Of a DNA stretch of 64,000 bases, positions 1-11,194 are shown one piece after another. The stretch is taken from contig OZ024743.1 in assembly GCA_964016885.1 (NCBI GenBank), positions 175,770,001-175,834,000 of the forward strand, read 5' to 3'. The stretch is from Eledone cirrhosa (lineage: Eukaryota). The notes beneath the pieces are model-generated. The model saw nothing but the letters and a program-made list of their open reading frames with translations, ran no database searches and was not told the origin of the DNA. Position 1 is the stretch's first letter. Every line of letters begins with the position of its first letter. The translations under genes and the position numbers were made by a program.

Positions 1-369
1 AATATCTTACAATAATAACTATTTTTTTCTTGCTTTATATATATATATATTAATAAAAGATCGGAGGCCATATTCATTTGATTCATGTTTATTTAAAACT
101 CCGTTATACATATTTCACTGAGGACTATTTATACTGAGCTCTTTATATGGCAAAGCCTAAAATAAACATAGAAAGTTCCTAAGAAACCTTTAAAATTTGG
201 AAAAATCTAATAATTTCCCCGAAAAAATATTTTGTTTTCATGATACAGGCGGCCGACCGAACGCGTGGTGTTGTTTCTTCGACGGCTGGCCCTGTCTTGT
301 ACCATTTATCTGCTTCACAAACGACAGACCATGGTGTGATCCATACATCCCTGTTCTGTTAACCCCTTA

Positions 370-465
<96 letters not shown>

Positions 466-618
466 ATAAATGCTCTGAAATAGCGATATATATGTGAATA
501 TAGACATAGAATATTCGAAAATATTCTGTATGTTTATAATAAACATTTTGAAGACCTAATCGCTATAGAATAGAATACGTCACGTATTACAATTAGATTC
601 TCGATAAAAGCAAGGGAA

Positions 619-661
619 GTAATCTACGCGTTTCATTCTTGTTAGAAATCATCAGGACTAC
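619..661 (-). ncRNA. Type I hammerhead ribozyme (310-nt unit, left arm)
   Basis: Reverse complement GTAGTC-CTGATGA-TTTCT AACA AGAAT-GAAA-CGCG-TA-GATTAC. Stem I GUAGUC/GAUUAC, palindromic stem III ACGCGU. Confidence 0.85.
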
Positions 662-1227
662 ATATCCAGTGCTTTTATCGAGAATGACACAGCTAGAGAC
701 TTATAGAATACTTAGCTGTGTACAGGAACTGGTTTGAAAGAGCGGTTGCCGGTCCGGCAGAAATTAGAAATTGGAATAAATGCTCTGAAATAGCGATATA
801 TATGTGAATATAGACATAGAATATTCGAAAATATTCTGTATGTTTATAATAAACATTTTGAAGACCTAATCGCTATAGAATAGAATACGTCACGTATTAC
901 AATTAGATTCTCGATAAAAGCAAAGGAAGATTTCTAACAAGAATGAAACGCGTAGATTACTTCCCTTGCTTTTATCGAGAATCTAATTGTAATACGTGAC
1001 GTATTCTATTCTATAGCGATTAGGTCTTCAAAATGTTTATTATAAACATACAGAATATTTTCGAATATTCTATGTCTATATTCACATATATATCGCTATT
1101 TCTGAGCATTTATTCCAATTTCTAATTTCTGCCGGACCGGCAACCGCTCTTTCAAACCAGTTCCTGTACACAGCTAAGTATTCTATAAGTCTCTAGCTGT
1201 GTCATTCTCGATAAAAGCACTGGATAT

Positions 1228-1270
1228 GTAGTCCTGATGATTTCTAACAAGAATGAAACGCGTAGATTAC
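1228..1270 (+). ncRNA. Type I hammerhead ribozyme (310-nt unit)
   Basis: CUGAUGA and GAAA core, stem II UUCU/AGAA, GUA cleavage triplet. Stem I is extended by a perfect 16-bp helix, 1204-1219/1277-1292. Confidence 0.88.
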
Positions 1271-1537
1271 TTCCCTTGCTTTTATCGAGAATCTAATTGT
1301 AATACGTGACGTATTCTATTCTATAGCGATTAGGTCTTCAAAATGTTTATTATAAACATACAGAATATTTTCGAATATTCTATGTCTATATTCACATATA
1401 TATCGCTATTTCAGAGCATTTATTCCAATTTCTAATTTCTGCCGGACCGGCAACCGCTCTTTCAAACCAGTTCCTGTACACAGCTAAGTATTCTATAAGT
1501 CTCTAGCTGTGTCATTCTCGATAAAAGCACTGGATAT

Positions 1538-1580
1538 GTAGTCCTGATGATTTCTAACAAGAATGAAACGCGTAGATTAC
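1538..1580 (+). ncRNA. Type I hammerhead ribozyme (310-nt unit, next tandem copy)
   Basis: Identical to 1228-1270, 310 nt downstream. Confidence 0.88.
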
Positions 1581-1700
1581 TTCCCTTGCTTTTATCGAGA
1601 ATCTAATTGTAATACGTGACGTATTCTATTCTATAGCGATTAGGTCTTCAAAATGTTTATTATAAACATACAGAATATTTTCGAATATTCTATGTCTATA

Positions 1701-1738
<38 letters not shown>

Positions 1739-2927
1739 TAAAATCAAGAAGGGTTTTCTGAGGAGGAACGAAAATAATGTTATGTATAAATGCATCTGAA
1801 CATAATTTAAGTGGACGGAGGAGAAAAAATTTTTTTTGTGAATTTTGATTTTTCATATTAAACAAAAATCGTACATTATACCATTTAGGGCTTACTTTTA
1901 TAGACCTTTTCCAAAGGTTTCCATATCCTTCCCCTTTCCCCTTGACTTCTCCAGTATTGTTCGGACGCTGCAAAGTGACACAGTGTACCACCATCCTTCA
2001 TTTGCCGGTGCATTCCTTGACGACCTTATCTTCTTTCGCTCTGTGTCCTTCCTTACAGATTGGCTATGGCCAATCAATTAGATAATGATGTCTGTACATG
2101 CTACAGATATGGGCAGAATTTTATTAGAAAAATTGAGATTAATTGTCCTGCAACAACAAATCCGAAATATAAATGCCAGAATAATTCCAGCAAGTATGCT
2201 TATACAGATATATACCAGAAGAAATTTACCCAATATATGATTTATAAATTTACAGATGACGTTAATAATGAATAAAGAATAAACAAGGAGAAATAGACTG
2301 TATACAGACCTGTCAACCTCTAAATGCCCAATCGGGGAGTACCATGAAAAAAAGTGCTCCAAAACTCTCACCCACCCCAAAAAAGGTGAGAGTTCTCTGT
2401 GTATATAACATCTACCGTTGTTTCATCAAGTGCATGAGTGCGTTGATGTTCTCTCTCTAGATTGTTTTTCCTTTAAAGTAATTAGCATGTTTTCCTAATT
2501 GTCTATATGTTGCTCAATTGACGTGCGAATGCTTTCGTTATATTTTCTACATAGGAGATGCCCAGGATTCTTCTGTAGCATCTCATTCTGAATGTCAATT
2601 TTTCTGTGAGTGTCCATGTCTCTCAGGGTTATAAAATAATTGAGTGTACTTCAAGAGGATTTAATTTTGTTTTTATACTATATGAAATAGATATGTTTCT
2701 TAATGACGATATAAATTTTACTACGTTTTTAGATTACATAGTTTAATGAATTTAAATGAAATATATATTTCAATAATTATTTTCTAGACATCGTTTTAAT
2801 AAAACTCAGCTTTGTCAGTTTAATGATATTAAAAAATTTTATAACTAAAATTTATGCTTTTAAAAACATTGTGCTAAAATAGCTAAACATTTTATTTTAA
2901 CTACCACTCGTTTTCGGTAGTTAACAA

Positions 2928-3031
2928 TAATTGTTTCTACTTTAGGCACAAGGCCAGCAATTACCCAGTGCATTACTGGTACTTTATTTTATCGACCTCG
3001 TAAGGATGAAAGGCAAAGTCAACCTCGGCGA
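2928..3031 (-). mobile_element. Deu/Nin-domain SINE, 3' fragment
   Basis: Reverse complement of GAGGTTGACTTTGCCTTTCATCCTTACGAGGTCGATAAAATAAAGTACC plus the family tail TTGTGCCTAAAGTAGAAACAATT. Confidence 0.7.
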
Positions 3032-3294
3032 ATATTTATAACTAAGAGCCTTTAAATCTTCACAAACCACTAAAAATAATTGTGATTGTATGAATTATTT
3101 TATAATTTAATATTCATTATACATTTTCTAATCTGCTAATGTTTTTCTAAATTTTATCATATTCATTATACAAACTAACTTGGGCTGATACTATAGTATT
3201 TTTCCCATTATTTGCTTATTGATAATCGATTTAATCGACTTTCTCATCCTCAAATATTACAGGTCATTTGCCTAGATTATCAATTATTATGAAG

Positions 3295-3512
3295 CCTGGT
3301 AGAGGTGCAGAATCGTTAGAGCGACAGACAAAATGCTTTGTGACATTTAGCCACAGTCTATTAAACTCTGAGTTCAAATCTCACAGTGGTCAACTTTGCT
3401 TTTCATCCTTCTGGAGTCGAGAAAATAAAGTAACAGGAAGGTACTGGGGTCGATACAATCAACTTTACCCTCCCCCCAAATTGCTGGTCATGTGCCAAAA
3501 TTAAAAACAATT
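3295..3512 (+). mobile_element. Deu/Nin-domain tRNA-derived SINE (diverged)
   Basis: B-box-like GAGTTCAAATC followed by GGTCAACTTTGCTTTTCATCCTTCTGGAGTCGA. Confidence 0.65.
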
Positions 3513-3699
3513 ATCGTTTATAAATATTACTGTTCCATTCTATATCACAGAATCGTAGGGGCGCCATCATGATACTCGGCGTGTTTTGGGCATTGTAAAT
3601 CCTAGTGGAGCCCATCACTCTTCAGGTGTGAACAGAACCAATTATTTCCAGAGAAAGAAGAAAGAAACCTAGAGTGAGAGGAGGGGTCAATCCAACTAC

Positions 3700-3850
3700 T
3701 TGACTGGAACTTTATTTTTAGACCTCGAAAGGATGAAAGGCGAAGTCCACCTTGGTAGGATGATTTTTTTAAAACTCAGAGTGAAGACAGTAAAAACAAA
3801 TTCAACGAAGCATTTTATCAGATGTTCTAAAGATTCTGCTAATTCATCGC
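3700..3850 (-). mobile_element. Deu/Nin-domain SINE (diverged)
   Basis: GACCTCGAAAGGATGAAAGGCGAAGTC, the reverse of the central domain. Confidence 0.6.
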
Positions 3851-4409
3851 CTACTGTATTTACTCTTGTGTCGCAAATAATGCCCCAATCCCCCACCCCC
3901 ACCACCGCTTATTAACTTTTTAGATTTCTTCCACTCCCCCCATCGCTTGTATTCCACCCAGCCCCGTTTATTAAATTTTGCTAATCTATCTCCGGTGAAA
4001 TTTTATTTTAAGTGGTAGCATTCCTGTGACAATTAATTTTCTTTATACATTAAAAGAGAACATTATACATAAGCCCAAAAGTACATTACTAGAAATCCCA
4101 TGTTATAAAATAAACAGGGTGTGTTGGGGGTCACAATTGTAGATTAAACGACTAATTCTGGTTAAAAAAAAAATAAACGGAGACAACCAAGAAAAATTAC
4201 TGATTTTCCAGTCTCAACCCCCCACCACTACTTATTCCCCTCCCTGTATTCTTTCGGACCCGAGAGTAAACAATAATTCTAGCTTTCATTCCTCTAATAG
4301 GTTTAAATAAAACCAATATGTGTTTCCTTTAACGTTTTGCTTTATAAGTCAAAACTAGCGAAACATCGACCTTATTGACCCCTTTAAAATAAAATAAAAA
4401 CAATATTTA

Positions 4410-4680
4410 ATTCTTCTTCTTCTTCTTCTTCTTCTTCTTCTTCTTCTTCTTCTTCTTTGCCCACTTATTACTGAAAGAGTCGTGGGGGCAGAGTCCTCAA
4501 AACACTCCTTCCAGCGGGCCCTGTCATAAGCAACCGTCTCCAACTGATCCAGCTGGATCACCAAGCGAGATCAGCTAATCTTGCTTGGGGTCTATCCCTG
4601 GGTCTTCTGCTAGTTGGTTTTGCCCGGAAAATCTCTCCAGCGCTTTTTGATGTGGAACTCTACGTCGTTTCCCACATTGT
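4410..4680 (-). mobile_element. 5'-truncated LINE (RTE-like) 3' end with (GAA)n tail
   Basis: Minus strand encodes RRPRDRP..., and AYDRARWK resembles an RTE C-terminus. Ends in (AAG)n at 4410-4456. Confidence 0.55.
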
Positions 4681-4820
4681 GTCCTTTTTTATGGTAACAT
4701 TTGTCTGTTTCCATGTTTAAAACAACTGTCTCTCGCTCACCTCCTCTCTCTCTCTCCCTGAAATAGCAAGAGCTGAGCTATCGAACTCCGACTCTTTCTA
4801 ATTTACATATATAGATATAT

Positions 4821-4910
<90 letters not shown>

Positions 4911-5614
4911 ATGATTGTATAGATGTACTGATTCTTATTTTAAAATATCGCCTATACAATTTTTGATTCTTAACTTAATCATGACTGAAGAAATTAGATT
5001 TTTATATATATATATATATTTTTCATTTTTTGGTTGTTTTTTTTTTAACCACAAAGATTTTATCACTTTCCTTTAATTATATTATACACTGATTTCAGTG
5101 AGAAGCGAAATCGCTAGAGATTTTAAGCTTGAAGCCTGGTGAAATTATTAAATATAAGCTTGGCTAATTACGCAAACCGTTTTCTCAAAATCATATAATC
5201 ACTCTATAACAACAATTAAAAGTCATTTTATTCATTTAAAAATTTAATTTCTAATAATTAAAAAAGTTAATAAAATACTTAATTATGTCGTTAAGATGAT
5301 TTTAAAAAAAAAGTTTTAAATATGACTTTTGAAATATTTCTAAAAATGTTGATGTTAATGTTATTTTCATTTACATGTGAATAATTTCATAAAGTTTAGT
5401 ATTATGCTTCGTTTAGAAGTTTAGTTGTTTCCTGGCTTCTATAATTTCATTTTTACATTATTTATAGAATGTATAATTGCATTTCGGTTGTTGAAATTAT
5501 CTAAATTTTCGTTCAGCTTATTATCATTCTGATAATGGGGTTAACAATCTATATTAAACATCGTCTTCACTTTCACGTTTTTTTAACTTTAAAATGCTCC
5601 TCTCCTTCTTTGGA

Positions 5615-5935
5615 TCTCCGTCGGTTTCGACGATGAGTGTTTCAATTGTTCAATCAACGGAACAGCCTGTTCATGAAATTAACGTGTAAGTGACTGATCA
5701 TTCCATAGACACGTGTACTCCCTGAATGTAATTATCAGGGAGATTTAGAATAACATGGTGTGTTACCAAGTTGACCCCTTGCTTTACAGGTATAGTCTAT
5801 TTGACGGACTTCCAAACAATTACCTTTTCAAGGCATGGGTTGATCCGAGACTATGTTAAATGACCAAGATGCTGTGTCGTGGGTTAGAACTCGGAAACTA
5901 ATGATTGCCAAGTGAATTTCTTAACCATTCAGCCA
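5615..5935 (-). mobile_element. tRNA-headed SINE (second family; related copy 42545-43400)
   Basis: Minus-strand tRNA-like head near 5880-5935. Body is similar to 42555-42750. Confidence 0.5.
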
Positions 5936-6544
5936 TGATGTATCCGCTAATTTAAATGCAACACTAAATGCAAACGTTTTGTTTGTTTCTTCATTAATTT
6001 TTCTTAATTAAATCTTCGTTTTAACAACCACATTTCCACATTTATTCTCTAAACAATTGATGTGATTAACAGAGACGTCAAAATATTGTTATTTCTATTT
6101 TGAATATAATTAGCATTATGTAAGCTGCTTCAACGTTAATTGATTTTTTCTTTTTTTTATTCTCAGCATATAAGCAAAGAATCAACCGTATTCCGGGTAG
6201 ATAAAGATTAAAAAGCCCAACTTGTTCCACTATATTTCATAGTAAAAAAACGAAAAAACCCTGCGCTGAAGCAGCTTAGATTAAACTAACATATTTTCAA
6301 GATTCAAAATTTGTTCAAAGCTTTACAAATACGAATTATTTACTTTTATTATATTGATTTATTTGTGGTTTGAAAAAAGAAATAAGGTATGTATGTATGG
6401 ACCCGTAACTCCTGGTGGAATCGTAGTGGCATCCTTGGGATATACGTCTTGTCTTGGTCATTTAAAATTTGGCGGAGCTCATCACTTCTCTAAGTTTGAA
6501 CATAGGTCATTTTTTCCAGAGAAGGCAAGAGAGAGAAGAGAGAT

Positions 6545-6596
<52 letters not shown>

Positions 6597-6813
6597 GGGG
6601 AGGGAGAGAGGGGAGGGAGTGTGAGAAGGAGAGGGAGAATGAGAGAGGGACCGGGAACACCGGTCTCAGGTGTGGACTGGCACGTTTTTAACAAGGACGC
6701 ATAGCATAGTTGAGACCAGTGGGCCTCGAATTTGGATCGTAGAGGTAGAAATTAACATATATACATACTGCATACATATATAAATATATTTATATTTATA
6801 TATACCCCCCCCC

Positions 6814-6845
<32 letters not shown>

Positions 6846-6851
<6 letters not shown>

Positions 6852-7292
6852 ATCCGCCTCTTCATTGCTGTAGTGGAGTCTGTGCTGCTGTACGGGTCTG
6901 AGACTTGGACACTGACCAAGAAACTCACTCAGATAGTGGATGGGTGCTACACGAGAATGCTGAGGATGGCTCTGAACATTAATCAGTATACACTGAGGAT
7001 GAAAAACTCAGAGCTGTATGGGAGCCTCCCAAAAGTCAGTTCAAAAGTGACACAGAGGAGACTGAGGTTAGCTGGACATTCTCACCGATATCCAGAGTTG
7101 ACATTGAACTCAGTGCTCCTGTGGGAGCCCCTACATAGACACACTGGAAGAGGAAGACCAAGGTTAACGTATGTTGATGCCCTAAGGACAGACACTGGTC
7201 TGTTGGAGACGCAGGACATGGCAGCGATAATGAGGGACAGAGACCGGTGGAGTGAACTCGTCCATGGATCTCGGGAATTTTACCCGCCCTAG
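6846..7292 (+). pseudogene. 5'-truncated LINE (RTE/RTEX-like) C-terminal fragment
   Basis: SVLLYGSETWTLT, RRLRLAGH and GRGRPRLTY motifs. Starts directly after (TA)n. A near-identical segment lies on the minus strand at 50320-50420. Confidence 0.85.
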
Positions 7293-7331
7293 AATATATA
7301 TTCATTAAAGCAACAATAGATGGCCGGACCG

Positions 7332-7402
7332 CACTATACATATTTCGATGGCCCAGCTCTATCACCCTATTATGATGCATAACCAGGCGATTTCATCAGG
7401 TG
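7332..7402 (-). ncRNA. Hammerhead-like motif with enlarged stem II region
   Basis: CAC-CTGATGA-[~46 nt incl. hairpin ATCGCCT..AGGGTGAT]-GAAA-TATGTA-TA-GTG. Stem I is only 3 bp. Confidence 0.55.
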
Positions 7403-7918
7403 TTATTTGCAGAATTATGTAACAGGATTACGTTGAACCCAAACATAGAATGGCGAGGACCGTCTGCTGTCGATAAAACACCATATTAGCAGGCTATCCT
7501 CGAATCGAATTTTCTATTTTCTATCTTCTATTTTTTCTCTATCTCCTATCTTCCATTCTATATTTAAATGAAGTTAGGGCTTGTTAGAATTTAATACCAT
7601 TTATTCCCTAAAGCTACAATGAAATTTAGTATTAAATATATAGTATTTTATCATCAAACCATATGAAAATTATGGAAGGTGATATTGGTTATAATATATC
7701 GGCCTGTAAAATGCTTTAATTCTTTAGAATTATTTTCATATAGGTTACTACTGTTTATATCAGATTACGTATATGTGCACATACTCATCTAGGTACACAT
7801 AAACATAAAGACACCCACCCACACATAGGCCCAAGAACGCACTCACACACACTTATGGGTATATGTGAGTTCACATAAACACACATATACGCCTCCATTA
7901 ATCCACCATATATGCTAC

Positions 7919-8012
<94 letters not shown>

Positions 8013-8124
8013 TAATAAACGAAAGATATATACTCTATATCATCTCTAATTATTTCCTGATATATATTTCGAAGATGTATAGATATATATATATATATAT
8101 ATGCATACACACACGCACATATTT

Positions 8125-8157
<33 letters not shown>

Positions 8158-8475
8158 CATATTTATCTATTCATTTTATACGTTTTTTTTAATCAACTTT
8201 TTAATACATTTTCATATATATTGAACGTCACCTTTGTCCCTGTCCCACCATATATTTATGTATGACTGTGTTTACGTCTTCCTACATCTTCTATAAACAT
8301 CATTTTATAACTCGTTGTGTATGAATAGATTCTTGTGGTATATAAATGACAGTATTATTTTCGATATCTGAATAAAAGATTAGCTATAATGAATAAATAA
8401 ATACAAACAAACAAATAAATAAATAAAAAAAAAAAATGATAAATAAGAATTGAATGTGATAATATTAATGATAAT

Positions 8476-8612
8476 TGTTTCTACTTTTGGCACAAGGCCA
8501 GCAATTAACCAGTGTATTGCTGGTACTTTATTTTACCGACCCCGAAAGGATGAAAGGCAAAGTTAACCTCGGCGCGATTTGAACTCAGAATGGCAAGGAG
8601 CGTAACTCTAAC
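8476..8612 (-). mobile_element. 5'-truncated Deu/Nin-domain SINE with 15-bp TSD
   Basis: AATATTAATGATAAT at 8461-8475 and 8613-8627 flanks the SINE body. Confidence 0.8.
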
Positions 8613-10035
8613 AATATTAATGATAATAATGATATTTTATATAATTTTTTTTTTTTTGTTAAAATTGCGATATTTCCAAAATTTCCTTTCCTTTTCTCTA
8701 CTAAATTTCACATAGTATTCAAGGTTGGAATAATATTAATACATCAAAACAAAAAGATGAAATAAAAAATAGAAGTTTGATTCTTTAGCCAACAAACTTA
8801 TTCACTTCCGTCCCTTTAAAATATATACCCAATTATTAGCATATTTCAGTGAGTACGGTAACATGAAATGGGTTTTTTATTGTCTTCTATTGGCAAAATT
8901 CCCACAATATTCTTCCGATGGGATTCTTCCAAAACTCATTATTATGTACCCATAATCTACTGTGAAAGCCATTTTTCTTTTCTCTGTTATTCATAATTCA
9001 TGTCCATCCTTCAAACAAATCTTAAGTAAAAAACCCAAACCTTCCCATCTCAAGTGAAACTACATTTCTACATAACCAGTTCAAAATACTTTTCATGTCA
9101 GTTCAAAATCTGAGAATGTATTTTCCTCTATTATCTTTCACATTGTTTCTTTCTCTGCCTATTTCATGCAAATTACTTCAAACTATACGATAGATATTTG
9201 TTACAGGATCTTTACGTTCTGATTTCAAATAACACCAAAGTCCAGTTTTCCTTTTGATCCTATCAGAGTCGATAAATAAAATACCAGCCCATTACTCATA
9301 CATGCCTTTCTCTATCCAGTTGTCACCCTGGCTGTTTCGCTGGATCAAATGAAGAAGTGTCAAGTGGGTATCTGTGTTTGTTCGCGACTGCATAGACACT
9401 GTAATGAAAACTTTAGTGAAAACTGAAGTACATAATGCTTTCTTTATTAACCACACGGGTTGACACAAAGAATAACATTAAGGACAACACAGGACAATAC
9501 AAATGGGCATTTCTGCGTGTAAAAAAACAAAAAAAAAACAGAGTGTGACAAAAGGAAACAATGAAAAATTCCCAATAGGGGGAGACCTCCGAGGGTTGCT
9601 CGTGGAGAAAGCCCACAAGAAAAGCCACGGTTACCCTGACCGCTAGGGCAAATGCTCTCTTCCTACTACAATGCTACAGGCACACCCTCAGGGTAGACCC
9701 ATTCACACGGGCCATTCTTGCCTCTCTCACACACCTTTCAACAAACTGGCTGGAGGTCAGCACTTCCCTCTCCACCCTGATTTTCCTCTTCAGGTGAAAC
9801 CTGAAAAAGTTAATAAGGGCGCCACCGAAGAGGAAAGTACCGGTCCTCAACCCTTTCAGACGTATCCACCATACAATCTCTTACCATGGCCACCAGGCAG
9901 ATAAAAACTGCCTGTTCTTCTCGGCTAAAGGAAGGCGGTGGAGAAATCTTTACGGTGCTGTGGAGATAAAGAATTAAAGTAATAAATAGGTTCACTTATG
10001 TGTTTAGAAAAAAAATAATAGTATGGAGCATATGT

Positions 10036-10087
<52 letters not shown>

Positions 10088-10124
10088 CCACAATCACCAT
10101 CGTAGAGAAGGGAACATCGATTAC

Positions 10125-10290
10125 ATCGACCCCAGTACATAACTGGTACTGTATATATCGCCTCCGAAACGATCAAAATTAAAGTTGACTTCGGCGGAAT
10201 TTGAGTCAGAACGTAAAGAGTCGGAACATATACGGCAAATACATGTGTTTGACGGCCAAACTGTAACCTAGCAACTGTAGCCAAGCAACT
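10125..10290 (-). mobile_element. Deu/Nin-domain SINE (diverged)
   Basis: AAAGTTGACTTCGGCGGAATTTGAGTCAGAA, the reverse of the B-box/central domain. Confidence 0.55.
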
Positions 10291-10768
10291 AATATTCACA
10301 TCTTCTGACGAATGATGTATTAGACTCTGTATATAGTAACATAATTCACTGGGATAATCTTGGAAATGAAATATTAAAGTGAGTTGTAACTATATTTAGA
10401 GAACACGATGACAAATATCCAATGATTATGTTTAAAAAAAAAAAATCTTGGAATCTGCGAGAATAGAATTAAGAAAGAAAATAGCTTTACTACTATTTTA
10501 TCTGAAGATGCAATAACACAATGTATGTATGTATGTATGTGTGTATGTATGTATGTATGTATGTATGTATGTATGTATGTATGTATGTATGTATGTATGT
10601 ATGTATGTATATATATATGTATGTACATATATATATATATATATGTGTGTGTGTGCGTGTAAGTGAGTAGAGTAGCGTGTGTGTGTGTTTGTTGTGTGTG
10701 TGAGTGTTGCTGTGTGCACGCATATGTATGCGTGTGTGTGTATGTCGTACGTATAAGTGTCAATAAGT

Positions 10769-10818
<50 letters not shown>

Positions 10819-10820
<2 letters not shown>

Positions 10821-11119
10821 GCGGGGACATAGAAATAATCGGGCTGGATGCCCGATCGCGCAGTTAAACCACTGGGAGTGAAGAACCCCTAGCCCATGTC
10901 AGGGTATTCTTCTAGGAGAAGGCATCTCAGGAAACTGGGTTAACTCCGATATAAAACCTGCGGCTCAGTAGTTACCGATGATGTTGATCTTTTCTTCTTT
11001 TCGGGTTATAGCTACTGTCGCTCAGAGAGTGGGATTGGTTCAGTGCACAGTCTTTCCTCACTTTAAAAATATTCGTCACGCACAGGCATTGCACGAGTGC
11101 ATTAATAATTATTAATAGT

Positions 11120-11156
<37 letters not shown>

Positions 11157-11161
11157 TATTA

Positions 11162-11194
<33 letters not shown>

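Larger units (their letters stand above)
461..1705. mobile_element. Retrozyme/Penelope pLTR-like element: 310-bp hammerhead-containing unit, ~1.5 copies (minus sense, 461-929) head-to-head with ~2.5 copies (plus sense, 929-1705)
   Basis: 461-770 repeats at 771. 931-1240 repeats at 1241 and 1551 (period 310) and is the reverse complement of the left arm. (TA)n flanks both ends. No ORF. Confidence 0.8.

Noticed and set aside
2060-2275. MIYKFT peptide resembling a GIY-YIG start
   Set aside because: Too short and degenerate without a search.
2405-2462. Hammerhead-like GAAAC..GTA on minus strand
   Set aside because: CUGANGA box absent.
4030-4265. Similarity to ~17712-17880 (and 6450-6505 to 18880-18935)
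   Set aside because: Old dispersed repeats of unassignable class; no diagnostic ends.
9671-9904. Possible host exon after TTTTCCTCTTCAG
   Set aside because: Short, no recognisable domain, no partner exons. The minus-strand CTGAAGA here has no valid cleavage triplet.
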